Shown: positions 20,286-30,584 of the stretch, in pieces | How the letters are laid out: every line of letters begins with the position of its first letter | How positions within the stretch are numbered: position 1 is the first letter of the stretch | From: Pseudomonadales bacterium | GTDB taxonomy: Bacteria > Pseudomonadota > Gammaproteobacteria > Pseudomonadales > GM7GCV1 | Length of the DNA stretch: 64,000 nt | Assembly: GCA_965221105.1 (NCBI GenBank) | Contig: OZ244871.1 | Location: forward strand, 831,673 to 895,672 | Direction of reading: 5' to 3' | The notes under the pieces: generated by a model | Databases searched by the model: none | The model's input: only the letters and a program-made list of their open reading frames with translations | Told to the model about the DNA's origin: nothing | Position numbers and translations under genes: made by a program

Positions 20286-20309
20286 GGCGGCATCTCAGCT
20301 TGAATTTTC
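20286..20309 (+). repeat. dispersed 24-nt repeat copy (GGCGGCATCTCAGCTTGAATTTTC)
   Basis: Read directly. Confidence 0.65.
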
Positions 20310-20380
20310 AGCCACGGCCCCGTCGGGCCCCTGGCCAGCCCCGCGCCGGAAGAGACCTCCCGTGCCTGGTGTGACGGCCG

Positions 20381-21201
20381 TCAGCGCCGCACATCGACCG
20401 TGACATCACACCATTTGGCATAGGCTGGCGCACCGGCCGCCTCCAGCTCTGGCGTGGGCCAGCTGGGCGGGCCGCAATGACGGTCGGTCCGAAAGGTGGC
20501 CCCATAGCCTGCAGCATTGGCAACGAAAGCAAAGCCCGGGGGCGGCGTGGGGTTGTTCAGGTTCCAACAGCGCTGCACATTGGACGCAGCTGCATGACAC
20601 ACCTTGCCCCAGATCCGCACTTTGAAAATGCCGTTGCTCGGGGTCCGGGTCGGGGTGAACGAGTCACCTTGCTGAGTCGGTGTGTTCCCCGTGTATTGGC
20701 CAGTCAGGGGGGTTACATCGTCACTCGCTTCACTGCACCGCGGGTACCCTTTATTGGCGGTGAACGTCCGGCCCATGAAGGTCACGCTGCGCGAGCATTT
20801 GCGGGTCGTATAGGTCTGGCAGGCGATGGCGATGGGCCCGCCGCGGGAATAGGTGCCGGTCGGGTTGTGGAATTCGACCCCTCCGCTGACTCCCGCACTC
20901 TGGGCGCAATGGGAACCGGGTCCCACGCCGAAGGTCGTCCTGTCGTGAGTCATCTCGACCTCGTCTGGATGGTCCGGTGCAGCCTCGATCGTCAGGTTGG
21001 TGACCGCGCCGGACAAGTTCCGGTTGTTCACCGAGGGGGCAGGAAAGACCAGGTTCTGGTTCAGCCCGGTCACATAAGTAGCAGCGGGCTGCGACACCCG
21101 TGAAAATCTGGCCGCCCGTTCTACCTGTGCCGATGCCGGCAGGGCAAGGACTGTCAGCAGGACGGCGGCGCACGCCTTAGGAAAGAGTCGGGGGGGGGCA
21201 T
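20381..21201 (-). CDS. Cys-rich secreted protein A with poly-C tract after the ATG; out of frame at the current tract length
   Basis: ATG at 21201 is followed by C9. One extra C gives MPPPRLFPKACAAVLLTVLALPASAQ.. in frame with ORF 20381..21097 (8 Cys). With C9 there is a stop after 15 codons. Confidence 0.6.
21190..21198. repeat. homopolymer G9 (+ strand) / C9 (coding strand)
   Basis: Counted directly in the sequence. Confidence 0.95.
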
Positions 21202-21300
21202 GTCATGCATTGTTGGTCCACGGGGCAGATACCTTCTTGAGTGCAGTAAAAAAGCTTGAGTGATACGTCAACCAGTTGTACCGCCACAAAAATGATGGGA

Positions 21301-21327
21301 TTTATAAAAGGAAAGGAAGGCTGTCAA
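21301..21327 (-). promoter_or_regulatory. possible promoter reading into secreted-protein gene A (TTGACA-N15-TATAAA)
   Basis: The -35 TTGACA is the inner end of the right inverted repeat. The spacer is only 15 nt, so this is a weak call. Confidence 0.35.
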
Positions 21328-21345
21328 CTTTCCTATGTAATTCCC
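21322..21345 (-). repeat. right arm of 24-bp inverted repeat
   Basis: Reverse complement is GGGAATTACATAGGAAAGTTGACA. Pairs with 19222..19245. Confidence 0.8.
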
Positions 21346-21346
21346 T

Positions 21347-21371
21347 AAAAAACCCGCAGCCGGGGCCGCGG
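21347..21371 (-). terminator. Rho-independent terminator about 90 nt downstream of 16S rRNA
   Basis: Minus strand CCGCGGCC-CC-GGCTGCGG followed by GTTTTTT. Confidence 0.7.
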
Positions 21372-21457
21372 TTGTTGTGTCTGCGAAGACGACCCTCGCT
21401 TACAATCCGATCAAAACAATGCGTGTGGATGCTTGACTGAGAGTCAGGTATTTCGTT

Positions 21458-22981
<1,524 letters not shown>

Positions 22982-23190
22982 TCTTTTACCTCTTCTCAAG
23001 AGAAAGAGGAGACCGTGTTGCAGAGACCCTGCATACGATCCAAAAACCCGGCCAAACGCCAATTTGAACCTAAATAAAATCAAGGCCAAATCTGATGGCC
23101 ATTAATTCGGAATGAATTGATGGATATCTTGCGTTTGATATCGTGTATACCACAACAGCTCAGCAAGCACCCACACGCATTGCTTGATCA

Positions 23191-23205
23191 GATTGTTAAA
23201 GAACA
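23191..23205 (-). promoter_or_regulatory. boxA antitermination element in 16S leader
   Basis: Minus strand TGTTCTTTAACAATC. Confidence 0.6.
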
Positions 23206-23255
23206 TTCGCTGTGCAGCTGTTCAGTCGGACGACTGCGCTGTGCGAGGGGTGCGT

Positions 23256-23283
23256 ATTCTAATGATTCGCAAACCTGAGTCAA
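23256..23283 (-). promoter_or_regulatory. rRNA promoter (TTGACT-N16-TAGAAT plus GC-rich discriminator)
   Basis: Minus strand TTGACTCAGGTTTGCGAATCATTAGAATACGCACCCC, about 275 nt upstream of 16S. Confidence 0.6.
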
Positions 23284-23451
23284 CCACATTCTGAATGTTT
23301 TTGGTGCGTCCCGGCGGAAGCCCACACTGCCCTGCCAGCCCCTGCTTTCGCAGCTCAACGCAAAGCGGGTACATTCGAGTGCCCGGACTTTTGATGTCGA
23401 CCTGAGTTTTTCCGATGTCAAAACCAGGCGTGGTCCCGACCACATTGCGGT

Positions 23452-24174
23452 TCAAACACCCAACCTTTCCTCAAGAAAATTCCAGGCTGCCTGAAAGGCA
23501 CGCGTGCTGGCCGTCTCGTTGTAGATGGTACCCAGTACCGGGTCATGTGCCCCGGGGTTGGTGAACGCGTGCTGCGTGCCTCCATAGGCATGGATTTGCC
23601 AGTCGGCTTCAGCCTCAGTCAGTTCAGCTCCCAGTGCCACCATTGACTCGGGCGGAACCATTGGGTCGTCGTAGCCGTGCAGCGCGAGAATACTCGCCCT
23701 GACCGGCGGGTTGCATCCACTCTCGGGCGGCATGAACAGACCATGGAAGCTGACGACAGCTGCAAGCCGGGCACCGCTTCGGGCAAGGTCCAGCACACAG
23801 AGCCCGCCAAAGCAAAAACCAACCGCCGCGAGCCTGGATGCGTCCACTTCAGCCTGGCCGCTACATGTTTCCAGTGCCAGTGTGATGCGAGTCAGCAATT
23901 CTCCCCTGTCATCGAGCAGAGGCTGCATTAACCCGGCGTTCTCTTCCGCACTGCACCCTGTCCTGCCGCCTCCATACATATCTATAGCGAAACCGACATA
24001 TCCCCTTTCGGCAAGTCTATGGGCTGCATTTTTCTCAAGCTCGCTACAGCCGCCCCAAGCGTGTGCGACAAGAACACCGGGTCTCGGATCCGGATGTGCA
24101 TCGTCCCAGACCATGTAACCGACGAAAGTGTTGTCGCCTGCACTGTAATCGACAGTTCGACTCGAAAGTGTCAT
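23452..24174 (-). CDS. dienelactone hydrolase family protein
   Basis: 240 aa. Nucleophile motif GFCFGG, C-terminal His, and the overall DLH-fold pattern (HAWGG..YVGFAIDMYG). Confidence 0.85.
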   Translation of the reverse strand: MTLSSRTVDYSAGDNTFVGYMVWDDAHPDPRPGVLVAHAWGGCSELEKNAAHRLAERGYVGFAIDMYGGGRTGCSAEENAGLMQPLLDDRGELLTRITLALETCSGQAEVDASRLAAVGFCFGGLCVLDLARSGARLAAVVSFHGLFMPPESGCNPPVRASILALHGYDDPMVPPESMVALGAELTEAEADWQIHAYGGTQHAFTNPGAHDPVLGTIYNETASTRAFQAAWNFLEERLGV

Positions 24175-24227
24175 ATGAGGTCTCCCAATCCATCATGGGG
24201 CGGAGTCCAACCCGTTCCCGCGCCCAA

Positions 24228-25517
24228 CTAGGCTGTAAACAGGTGGTAGCTCTTTTTACCCAATCTTACCAGATAATACCTGCCGTGCCGGGCATTATCC
24301 GGCGCAAAAACCGCGTGCGCATGCATGTTGTCGTTCCAGCTCAGGGAAGCTCCATTCACCTTCATCGCTGCGCCCGTGAGAGCGTCTTTCACCTGTTTGC
24401 CATTTTTGGCAAGCCCGGCTTGGGTGAAGATGGTTGTCAAGGGTGTGGTCCCCAGATCGAAATCAGTCAACACCGAGCACGGCAGGCCATCCTGCCCCAG
24501 TTGCTTGAAATCCTCAACAGACAAGTCATCAGTATTGCCTGAGAACAGCGCATGAGTAATCCTCCGGGCCGCTCTCAGGGCGTCTTCACCATGCACCAGG
24601 CGGGTGACTTCCTCGGCGAGGACACGCTGGGCTTCCGGGCGTCCCTGGCACTTGGCATCCTCGCGCTCCAGGCGATCAATATCGGCGACACCCAGAAAGG
24701 TAAAGTATCTCAGGAACCTGTATACATCGGCATCCGCGGTCTGCAGCCAGAACTGGTAGAAAGCATAGGGCGATGTTTTGGAGGCATCCAGCCAGACAGT
24801 GCCACATTCGGTTTTTCCGAACTTGGACCCGTCCGTTCTGGTGATCAGGGGCATGGTCAGGCCAAACACCCGGGTCCCATGCAGGCGTCTGGTCAGATCA
24901 GTGCCCCCGGTAATGTTGCCCCACTGGTCAGAGCCACCGATCTGCACTGTGCACTGGTACTGGCGAAACAGCTCGGCGAAATCCCATGATTGCAACAGCA
25001 TGTAGGCAAACTCGGTAAAGGATATGCCACTGCCCGCTCTGTCAATGCGCTGTCGCACAGAGTCCTTCTGAATCATTGCATTTACGGAAAAGTGTTTGCC
25101 GACATCCCGCAGAAAATCGAGTACACTGACATGGCCGGTCCAATCAAGATTGTTGACCAGAATTGCGCCCTGTTCAAAATCCACAAAGCGATGTATCTGG
25201 GTTTTCAGCCGGTCACACCGCTGCTGTACAGCCTCCGGTCCCTGAAGTGTGCGCTCGTCAGCCTTGAAGCTGGGGTCGCCAATGAGACCGGTAGATCCGC
25301 CTACCAATACAATGGGGCTGTGCCCGGCCAGCTGAAAGCGCCTGAGCGCCAGCAAAGGTACCAGGCTGCCAATGTGCAGGCTGTCAGCTGTGGGATCGAA
25401 TCCACAGTAGACCGTGCGGGGCACCGTCAGGTGTTCGTCAAGCTCTGCTTCGGCAGTGCGTTGCGCGATCAATCCGCGCTCGTTCAAATCGGCTAAAAGA
25501 GCAGTGTCGATCGTCAT
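24228..25517 (-). CDS. tyrS: tyrosine--tRNA ligase
   Basis: 429 aa. YCGFDPTADSLHIGSL (HIGH region), KFGKT (KMSKS equivalent), and a C-terminal S4-like domain. Confidence 0.95.
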   Translation of the reverse strand: MTIDTALLADLNERGLIAQRTAEAELDEHLTVPRTVYCGFDPTADSLHIGSLVPLLALRRFQLAGHSPIVLVGGSTGLIGDPSFKADERTLQGPEAVQQRCDRLKTQIHRFVDFEQGAILVNNLDWTGHVSVLDFLRDVGKHFSVNAMIQKDSVRQRIDRAGSGISFTEFAYMLLQSWDFAELFRQYQCTVQIGGSDQWGNITGGTDLTRRLHGTRVFGLTMPLITRTDGSKFGKTECGTVWLDASKTSPYAFYQFWLQTADADVYRFLRYFTFLGVADIDRLEREDAKCQGRPEAQRVLAEEVTRLVHGEDALRAARRITHALFSGNTDDLSVEDFKQLGQDGLPCSVLTDFDLGTTPLTTIFTQAGLAKNGKQVKDALTGAAMKVNGASLSWNDNMHAHAVFAPDNARHGRYYLVRLGKKSYHLFTA

Positions 25518-25672
25518 GGATCAGCAAAAGGGGGTAGACAAGGCGGCGTACAATAACCTAAAGTTCAATAAACTCAAGAGCATCGCAGCTTTTTTTAATC
25601 TGATTTAGTGAAATTTTGGTTGGTTTTCCGGCAGTCTTTTTATTACACTTACAGCCACGGGCCATACTGCAG

Positions 25673-27073
25673 ATGCGACGACTCAGATCACAGGCCACGC
25701 GCGCCAGAAAAATTCAAAACCCTTTACTTGAGGGTCTGAAGGCTCCCCACCCCCGAAATTTCCCCTCTGCGCTGCTTCTGACCCCGCTGGCATTGGTGTT
25801 ACTCGCGGTTCTGGGCGGCTTCTTCATGGGTGGCGAATCCACCGTAACGCAGCCCCAATCCCAGGCCCAGAAGGTTCGGACCGCTCCCCTTCCCCTGCGC
25901 CTTGACTCCGACGAACAGGCTGGTGCCACGGAGTCGCCTGCACTGCCCGGGCCCGAGCCCCTGAGTATCACGGTGAGGCGCGGCGACAGCATGTCGCACA
26001 TTTTTGAAAGAGCCGGAATCGGGCCAGGTCTTCTGCATCAGTTGGCCTATGAAAGTGCTCACGGGAAACACTTTCGGAAAATTCTGCCAGGCAAGACGTT
26101 TCTGTTCCACTTCGACGAAAACAATTCCGTCACGCGAATCATCTATGAGGTATCACCTCTGGAGTACTATGAGGCTATTGCCGGAGCACGCGGCTTCACC
26201 ACATCCCACCACCTGCGAACACCGGACATCTATACCACCCTGAGACACGGAGAGATTCACAGCAGTTTTTATCTGGACGGCCTCCGCGCCGGTCTGAATG
26301 ACAACCAGATTATGGAGCTGGCCAGTATTTTCGGCTGGGACATCGATTTTGCCCTGGAAATCAGAGCCGGCGACCAGTTTTCGGTGCTCTACGAGGAAAA
26401 ATTTCTGGGCGGGGAATATCTGGGAACCGGGCGAATTCTGGCAGCCGAATTTATCAATCGGGGCAAGTCCATACGTGCCCTGCGTTATGAAGACCAGTCA
26501 GGAAAGGCCTCGTATTACACGCCCGAAGGCCTGAGCATGCGCAAGGTCTTTCTGCGCACGCCGCTGGATGTGTTCCGCATAAGCTCCCATTTCAACCTCA
26601 AGCGCAAGCACCCGATACTCAACACCATCCGTGCGCACAAAGGCACCGACTACGCAGCTCCGCGAGGCACGCCAATCAAGGCTGCTGGCGATGGCAAGGT
26701 CGTCTTTGCAGGCAGAAACGGCGGCTATGGTAATATGGTAAAAATCTCTCATGGTCAAACCTATGAGACCCGCTACGGCCATCTCAGAGGTTTCGCCACA
26801 GGCATACGGGCTGGAAAGCGGGTACGGCAGGGCCAGATCATCGGGTACGTTGGCAGTACCGGCTTGGCCACAGGGCCCCATCTCCATTACGAGTTCTATG
26901 TGAACGGCTCGGTCAGGAATCCGGTAACGGTCAAACTGCCAAATGGAAAACCAATCAGTGCTTCAGAGCTGCCACTATTCAAGGCCAGCACAGCACCCAT
27001 GCTGACAATGCTTGATGTTCGGTCCAGCAATTACGTTGCACTTGATGACACGCGCGATGCAAACGACTCTTGA
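25673..27073 (+). CDS. M23-family peptidoglycan DD-metalloendopeptidase (OapA/LysM-like N-terminal region)
   Basis: HKGTDYAAPRGTPIKAAGDGKV..YGHL..GSTGLATGPHLHYE is the LytM/M23 catalytic motif. An N-terminal TM segment is present. Start taken at MRRLRSQ. Confidence 0.85.
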   Translation: MRRLRSQATRARKIQNPLLEGLKAPHPRNFPSALLLTPLALVLLAVLGGFFMGGESTVTQPQSQAQKVRTAPLPLRLDSDEQAGATESPALPGPEPLSITVRRGDSMSHIFERAGIGPGLLHQLAYESAHGKHFRKILPGKTFLFHFDENNSVTRIIYEVSPLEYYEAIAGARGFTTSHHLRTPDIYTTLRHGEIHSSFYLDGLRAGLNDNQIMELASIFGWDIDFALEIRAGDQFSVLYEEKFLGGEYLGTGRILAAEFINRGKSIRALRYEDQSGKASYYTPEGLSMRKVFLRTPLDVFRISSHFNLKRKHPILNTIRAHKGTDYAAPRGTPIKAAGDGKVVFAGRNGGYGNMVKISHGQTYETRYGHLRGFATGIRAGKRVRQGQIIGYVGSTGLATGPHLHYEFYVNGSVRNPVTVKLPNGKPISASELPLFKASTAPMLTMLDVRSSNYVALDDTRDANDS

Positions 27074-28194
27074 GCACAGGCACTGATCAGGAAACCTGTA
27101 TCGGACTTATGTCCGGAACCAGCATGGATGCTGTTGACGCAGCTCTGGTTCAGTTCAACGGCCGGTCCCTCAAATTGCTGGCCTACGAGCAATTCCCCAT
27201 AGACACCGCACTCAAGGGCGCGGTGCGCCGTCTGGACGGAAGCAGCCCGGTCTCCGAAGTGACGCGATACGATGCGATGCTTGGCGAACTCTTCGCTGAA
27301 GCTGTCCTGAGAATTCTGGAGATATCCGGATGTCCGGCCGATCAGGTAACGGCCATCGGCAGTCACGGTCAGACGATCCTGCATCTGCCGGAGGAGCCCT
27401 ATCCCCGGACCATGCAGATTGGTGACCCGAACCTGATCGCCCTGAGAACGGGCATTCCCTGCGTGGCTGATTTCAGGCGTATGGATATGGCGGGCGGAGG
27501 TCAGGGGGCTCCCTTGGCACCGGCGTTTCACGAAGACCTGTTCCGCATCGATGGCACGGAGAGAGCAGTCCTCAATATCGGCGGTATTGCCAATCTGACT
27601 CTGCTGCCGGGCAATCCCGATCAGGCTGTTTCCGGGTTTGACTGTGGACCGGGAAATGGCCTTCTGGATGAGTGGAACCGGCGCCATCGGGGAACGGATA
27701 TGGATGTGGACGGAGCCTGGGCGGCTGCGGGCACAGCCGATTCCGAGCTTCTCGAAGCCATGCTCGCAGACCCCTACCTGAACGCGGCACCCCCCAAGAG
27801 TACCGGTCGGGATTACTTTAACCTGGCATGGGTGGAAGACATGATGGCGCGATGCAATACCCGACCTGTACCGGGAGATATTCAGGCAACACTGCTCGAA
27901 CTCAGCGTGCACACCATGGCAAGAGCCGCACGGGACTATTGCCCGGAAGCCCGCTCGGTCTTCCTCTGCGGAGGCGGTGTGCACAATACCCGCATGGTCG
28001 CACGGCTCAGGGAACTGTTGCCCGAAATCACAGTTGCCGACACTGGAGAACTGGGCCTGAATCCCGATGCAGTGGAGGCTGTTGCCTTTGCCTGGCTCGC
28101 CCGGCAGAGGATCAACAGAGCAATGGGCAATCAGCCCTCGGTCACAGGCGCGGACAGGCCGCTGGTTCTGGGCGGACTCTACCAGGCAGGCTGA
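27070..28194 (+). CDS. anmK: anhydro-N-acetylmuramic acid kinase
   Basis: IGLMSGTSMDAVDAAL N-terminus and ..PKSTGRDYFN.. are typical of AnmK. 374 aa. The exact start (TTG or a downstream ATG) is uncertain. Confidence 0.9.
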   Translation: MSTGTDQETCIGLMSGTSMDAVDAALVQFNGRSLKLLAYEQFPIDTALKGAVRRLDGSSPVSEVTRYDAMLGELFAEAVLRILEISGCPADQVTAIGSHGQTILHLPEEPYPRTMQIGDPNLIALRTGIPCVADFRRMDMAGGGQGAPLAPAFHEDLFRIDGTERAVLNIGGIANLTLLPGNPDQAVSGFDCGPGNGLLDEWNRRHRGTDMDVDGAWAAAGTADSELLEAMLADPYLNAAPPKSTGRDYFNLAWVEDMMARCNTRPVPGDIQATLLELSVHTMARAARDYCPEARSVFLCGGGVHNTRMVARLRELLPEITVADTGELGLNPDAVEAVAFAWLARQRINRAMGNQPSVTGADRPLVLGGLYQAG

Positions 28195-28209
28195 GCTGCC
28201 TGGACATCG

Positions 28210-29766
28210 TTAATGTCTCGGGATTGACGGCCCTGCTTTACCGTCCAGTGCCGCTTGAACAAGTGCGCCCAAGAATTTTGTAAAAGGCTCTATGTTTTGG
28301 TTTGTGCTCGCTTCTTCCAAAGCAGCCATGTAATCATTGCGCTTTTCCAGCGGCACAATCGTCCAAGGGTAGCCGCCACTGGCAAGCATGGCATTCATTA
28401 AAAAACGCCCTGTACGGCCATTGCCATCCATATAGGGATGAATATAAACAAAGATAAAATGCCCCAGCACAACACGCACAGCGGCATTTTCTTCGGCTTG
28501 CAGCAACTCAAAAAACGCTGGTATAGCATCGCGCACAGCCTCTCGGCTTGGTGGCGTGTGCATGGAACGCCGGATAAAAACGGGCGCATTCCGATAACCA
28601 GCAAGATCAGCAGGCTTGTGAATGCCAGCCGTCACTCCGGGCGCAAACATTTCGCGATACCATACGCGATGATCGTTATCGACGACTTCCCCTGCATTAT
28701 GCCCATCGAGTATCTGCTCTATGCTCTTGCGCACGGCTTGATAAGCCTGCCAATAGCCTCGGGCGGCCAAGGCATTCAGCCGCTCTTTATCATCGGCATT
28801 TTGTTCTGGGTTCCAGTCTCCAGTGCGAACGCGGTTGATCAGTTCTGGCGTGACACGATATCCCTCAATAGAAAGCGAGTGATAGGCATCTGTCACATAC
28901 ACATCTTCAACATGCTGCATGTATGCGGTTTTATCGACTGTTTGCGAGGGCGATGCGGGAAAGTGTGCTATCACTGTTTCCCGCATATCTTGCCACATAA
29001 GCCGAATACGATTGACGTATGGGGATTGCTCGCGCCCTGAGAAGCTTAGGCTGGATTGTTGTTCAAACGGGTCTGTTTCGCGCAAGTCATACCCAGCCGC
29101 GCGCATTGTACCCATAATATCGTCAGCAATTTGAGCGCGGCTAATATTCCTGAATGCCCCTGCTAAACGGCCAGCAATAGAACTATGCCCACCCTCTAGC
29201 AATTGCTCCAAGACTTCAGATGCATCACTGACCATGGATAACGCCGCGCGCATATCGGTTGGGTTTTGAGTGAAGCTTTGCTTGCTACAGGCAATCAACG
29301 CAGCAGGACGGTTGTATATACGCAGACCGTTTTTGGTCGTCACCTGAGCGGGTGACGGGAGCGTAGCGCGAATATCTAATAATGACGTGCCGTGAGGTAA
29401 TTCTGTTACATTGTTCCGTGCCTTGGTCGCTCGAACTAATAACTGTTTCGGTACAGTCATATTCTCGGTATGAAGCGCGATAGATTGCTCAGGTGATAAG
29501 CACCAGTCGTCGCCTTTTAAGTGATTAAGGTAGGCTGCACAAAATTGCCAGAAGGACGCATACCAAGCCGTGCTTTCCCCGCGCGTTTCATCGGGGCGTG
29601 CTGGTACATACCAGCCCTTGATAACTTCCTCAAGGAAGCCGTTTTGAACGAGACGTTCACGATGAGTGCGCGAGAGATCGGCAGAGCGTATGGCAACTGA
29701 GCCATGTGTCTGAAGGTCGTGAAGTGCTTCTAATGCATCAGCCAGTTTTGCGGAAGGGGTCGCCAT
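28210..29766 (-). CDS. Fic-family protein with N-terminal winged-helix (AbiEi-like) region
   Basis: 518 aa. Fic motif HPYMDGNGRTGR. The N-terminus ..SVAIRSADLSRTHRERLVQNGFLEEVIKGWYV resembles AbiEi-type wHTH. The segment is AT-richer than its surroundings. Confidence 0.85.
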   Translation of the reverse strand: MATPSAKLADALEALHDLQTHGSVAIRSADLSRTHRERLVQNGFLEEVIKGWYVPARPDETRGESTAWYASFWQFCAAYLNHLKGDDWCLSPEQSIALHTENMTVPKQLLVRATKARNNVTELPHGTSLLDIRATLPSPAQVTTKNGLRIYNRPAALIACSKQSFTQNPTDMRAALSMVSDASEVLEQLLEGGHSSIAGRLAGAFRNISRAQIADDIMGTMRAAGYDLRETDPFEQQSSLSFSGREQSPYVNRIRLMWQDMRETVIAHFPASPSQTVDKTAYMQHVEDVYVTDAYHSLSIEGYRVTPELINRVRTGDWNPEQNADDKERLNALAARGYWQAYQAVRKSIEQILDGHNAGEVVDNDHRVWYREMFAPGVTAGIHKPADLAGYRNAPVFIRRSMHTPPSREAVRDAIPAFFELLQAEENAAVRVVLGHFIFVYIHPYMDGNGRTGRFLMNAMLASGGYPWTIVPLEKRNDYMAALEEASTNQNIEPFTKFLGALVQAALDGKAGPSIPRH

Positions 29767-29771
29767 GGTGG

Positions 29772-29867
29772 TTCTTCTCGCTTATCGTGCGTATCTGTTA
29801 TTCGCTTATTCTGTTGTATCATTATTCGCTTATTGTGTCGAGCGATAATTCGCTTACTGTGCAAAAA
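29772..29867. repeat. four direct repeats at exact 24-bp spacing (core TTCGCTTAT/C) between the XRE and Fic genes
   Basis: Core TCGCTTAT occurs at 29778, 29802 and 29826, and TCGCTTAC at 29850. Confidence 0.9.
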
Positions 29868-29907
29868 TGGTGTAAGCAGTTGAGGTTCTAGAAGCTACAT
29901 TTGCCCA

Positions 29908-30225
29908 TTATTCGGTGTCCCCTGGCAAGCCTTGCCACGGGTCTTCATTCAGGGGCTTCTTGTTTTGAGTATCGACCGCCGTTGTGTTGTCGTCTAATAC
30001 CGCCAATACGGTGGCCAGCTTCTCTTGTGGAATGAACAGCAGTTCGCTCTTGAGCCCCTTTGCGATCAACTCAAGGGTATCCAGTCGTGGATTGCCCTTG
30101 GATTCCAGTCGCTGATATTGCTGGCGCGACATTCCAACGCGCATCATCATATCGTGCTGTTTGAACGCTAGCTCTAATCGGCGCTTTTTGATTTGTTTGA
30201 GTAGTGAATTCATATTGAAACTCAT
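29908..30225 (-). CDS. XRE-family HTH transcriptional regulator
   Basis: 105 aa. HTH FKQHDMMMRVGMSRQQYQRLESG-like segment. Confidence 0.8.
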   Translation of the reverse strand: MSFNMNSLLKQIKKRRLELAFKQHDMMMRVGMSRQQYQRLESKGNPRLDTLELIAKGLKSELLFIPQEKLATVLAVLDDNTTAVDTQNKKPLNEDPWQGLPGDTE

Positions 30226-30285
30226 GTGTTGTTATTTCTTGATTAAGAAATATTTTGGTTTCTTTTTTAGGTTTAAACAACACAT
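30224..30285. promoter_or_regulatory. 10-bp perfect inverted repeat (ATGTGTTGTT ... AACAACACAT) overlapping the XRE start codon
   Basis: Arms at 30224..30233 and 30276..30285, separated by 42 nt. Confidence 0.4.
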
Positions 30286-30550
30286 ATGTTGCTATTCGGT
30301 CGATAGCATGGCTGTCAATCGCCTGATTTTCTCTTCACAAAAGTTCTTTACAACATAAAGGCTCCTGCTTTACGGTAGGCCGATCCTTGGGTCTTGAATA
30401 TCGTTCCCAGCACCCAGCTGTGTTCATCTTTTCTTGGGTTCCAGGTTTTCAACAGATGCACAAAATGGTTTTTATAGCGTCTACTGCTTGAAGTGGCGCG
30501 ATTTACTCTGTCAAGACTATGATCAGATTCTGACCTCGTGGTCTGATTTT

Positions 30551-30584
30551 CGTCATCAGATATTCCGATACCTATCTGATGACG
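30551..30584 (+). terminator. orphan hairpin (12-bp perfect stem CGTCATCAGATA/TATCTGATGACG) followed by a T-rich tract
   Basis: Read directly. No convincing upstream gene on the + strand. Confidence 0.35.

Noticed and set aside
29772-29867. Regularly spaced repeats checked as a possible CRISPR array
   Set aside because: The period is only 24 bp with about 9-13-bp conserved cores, so there are no spacer-sized unique segments. The repeats sit between two co-oriented genes and are interpreted as iterons or operators. No CRISPR array is seen anywhere in the window.
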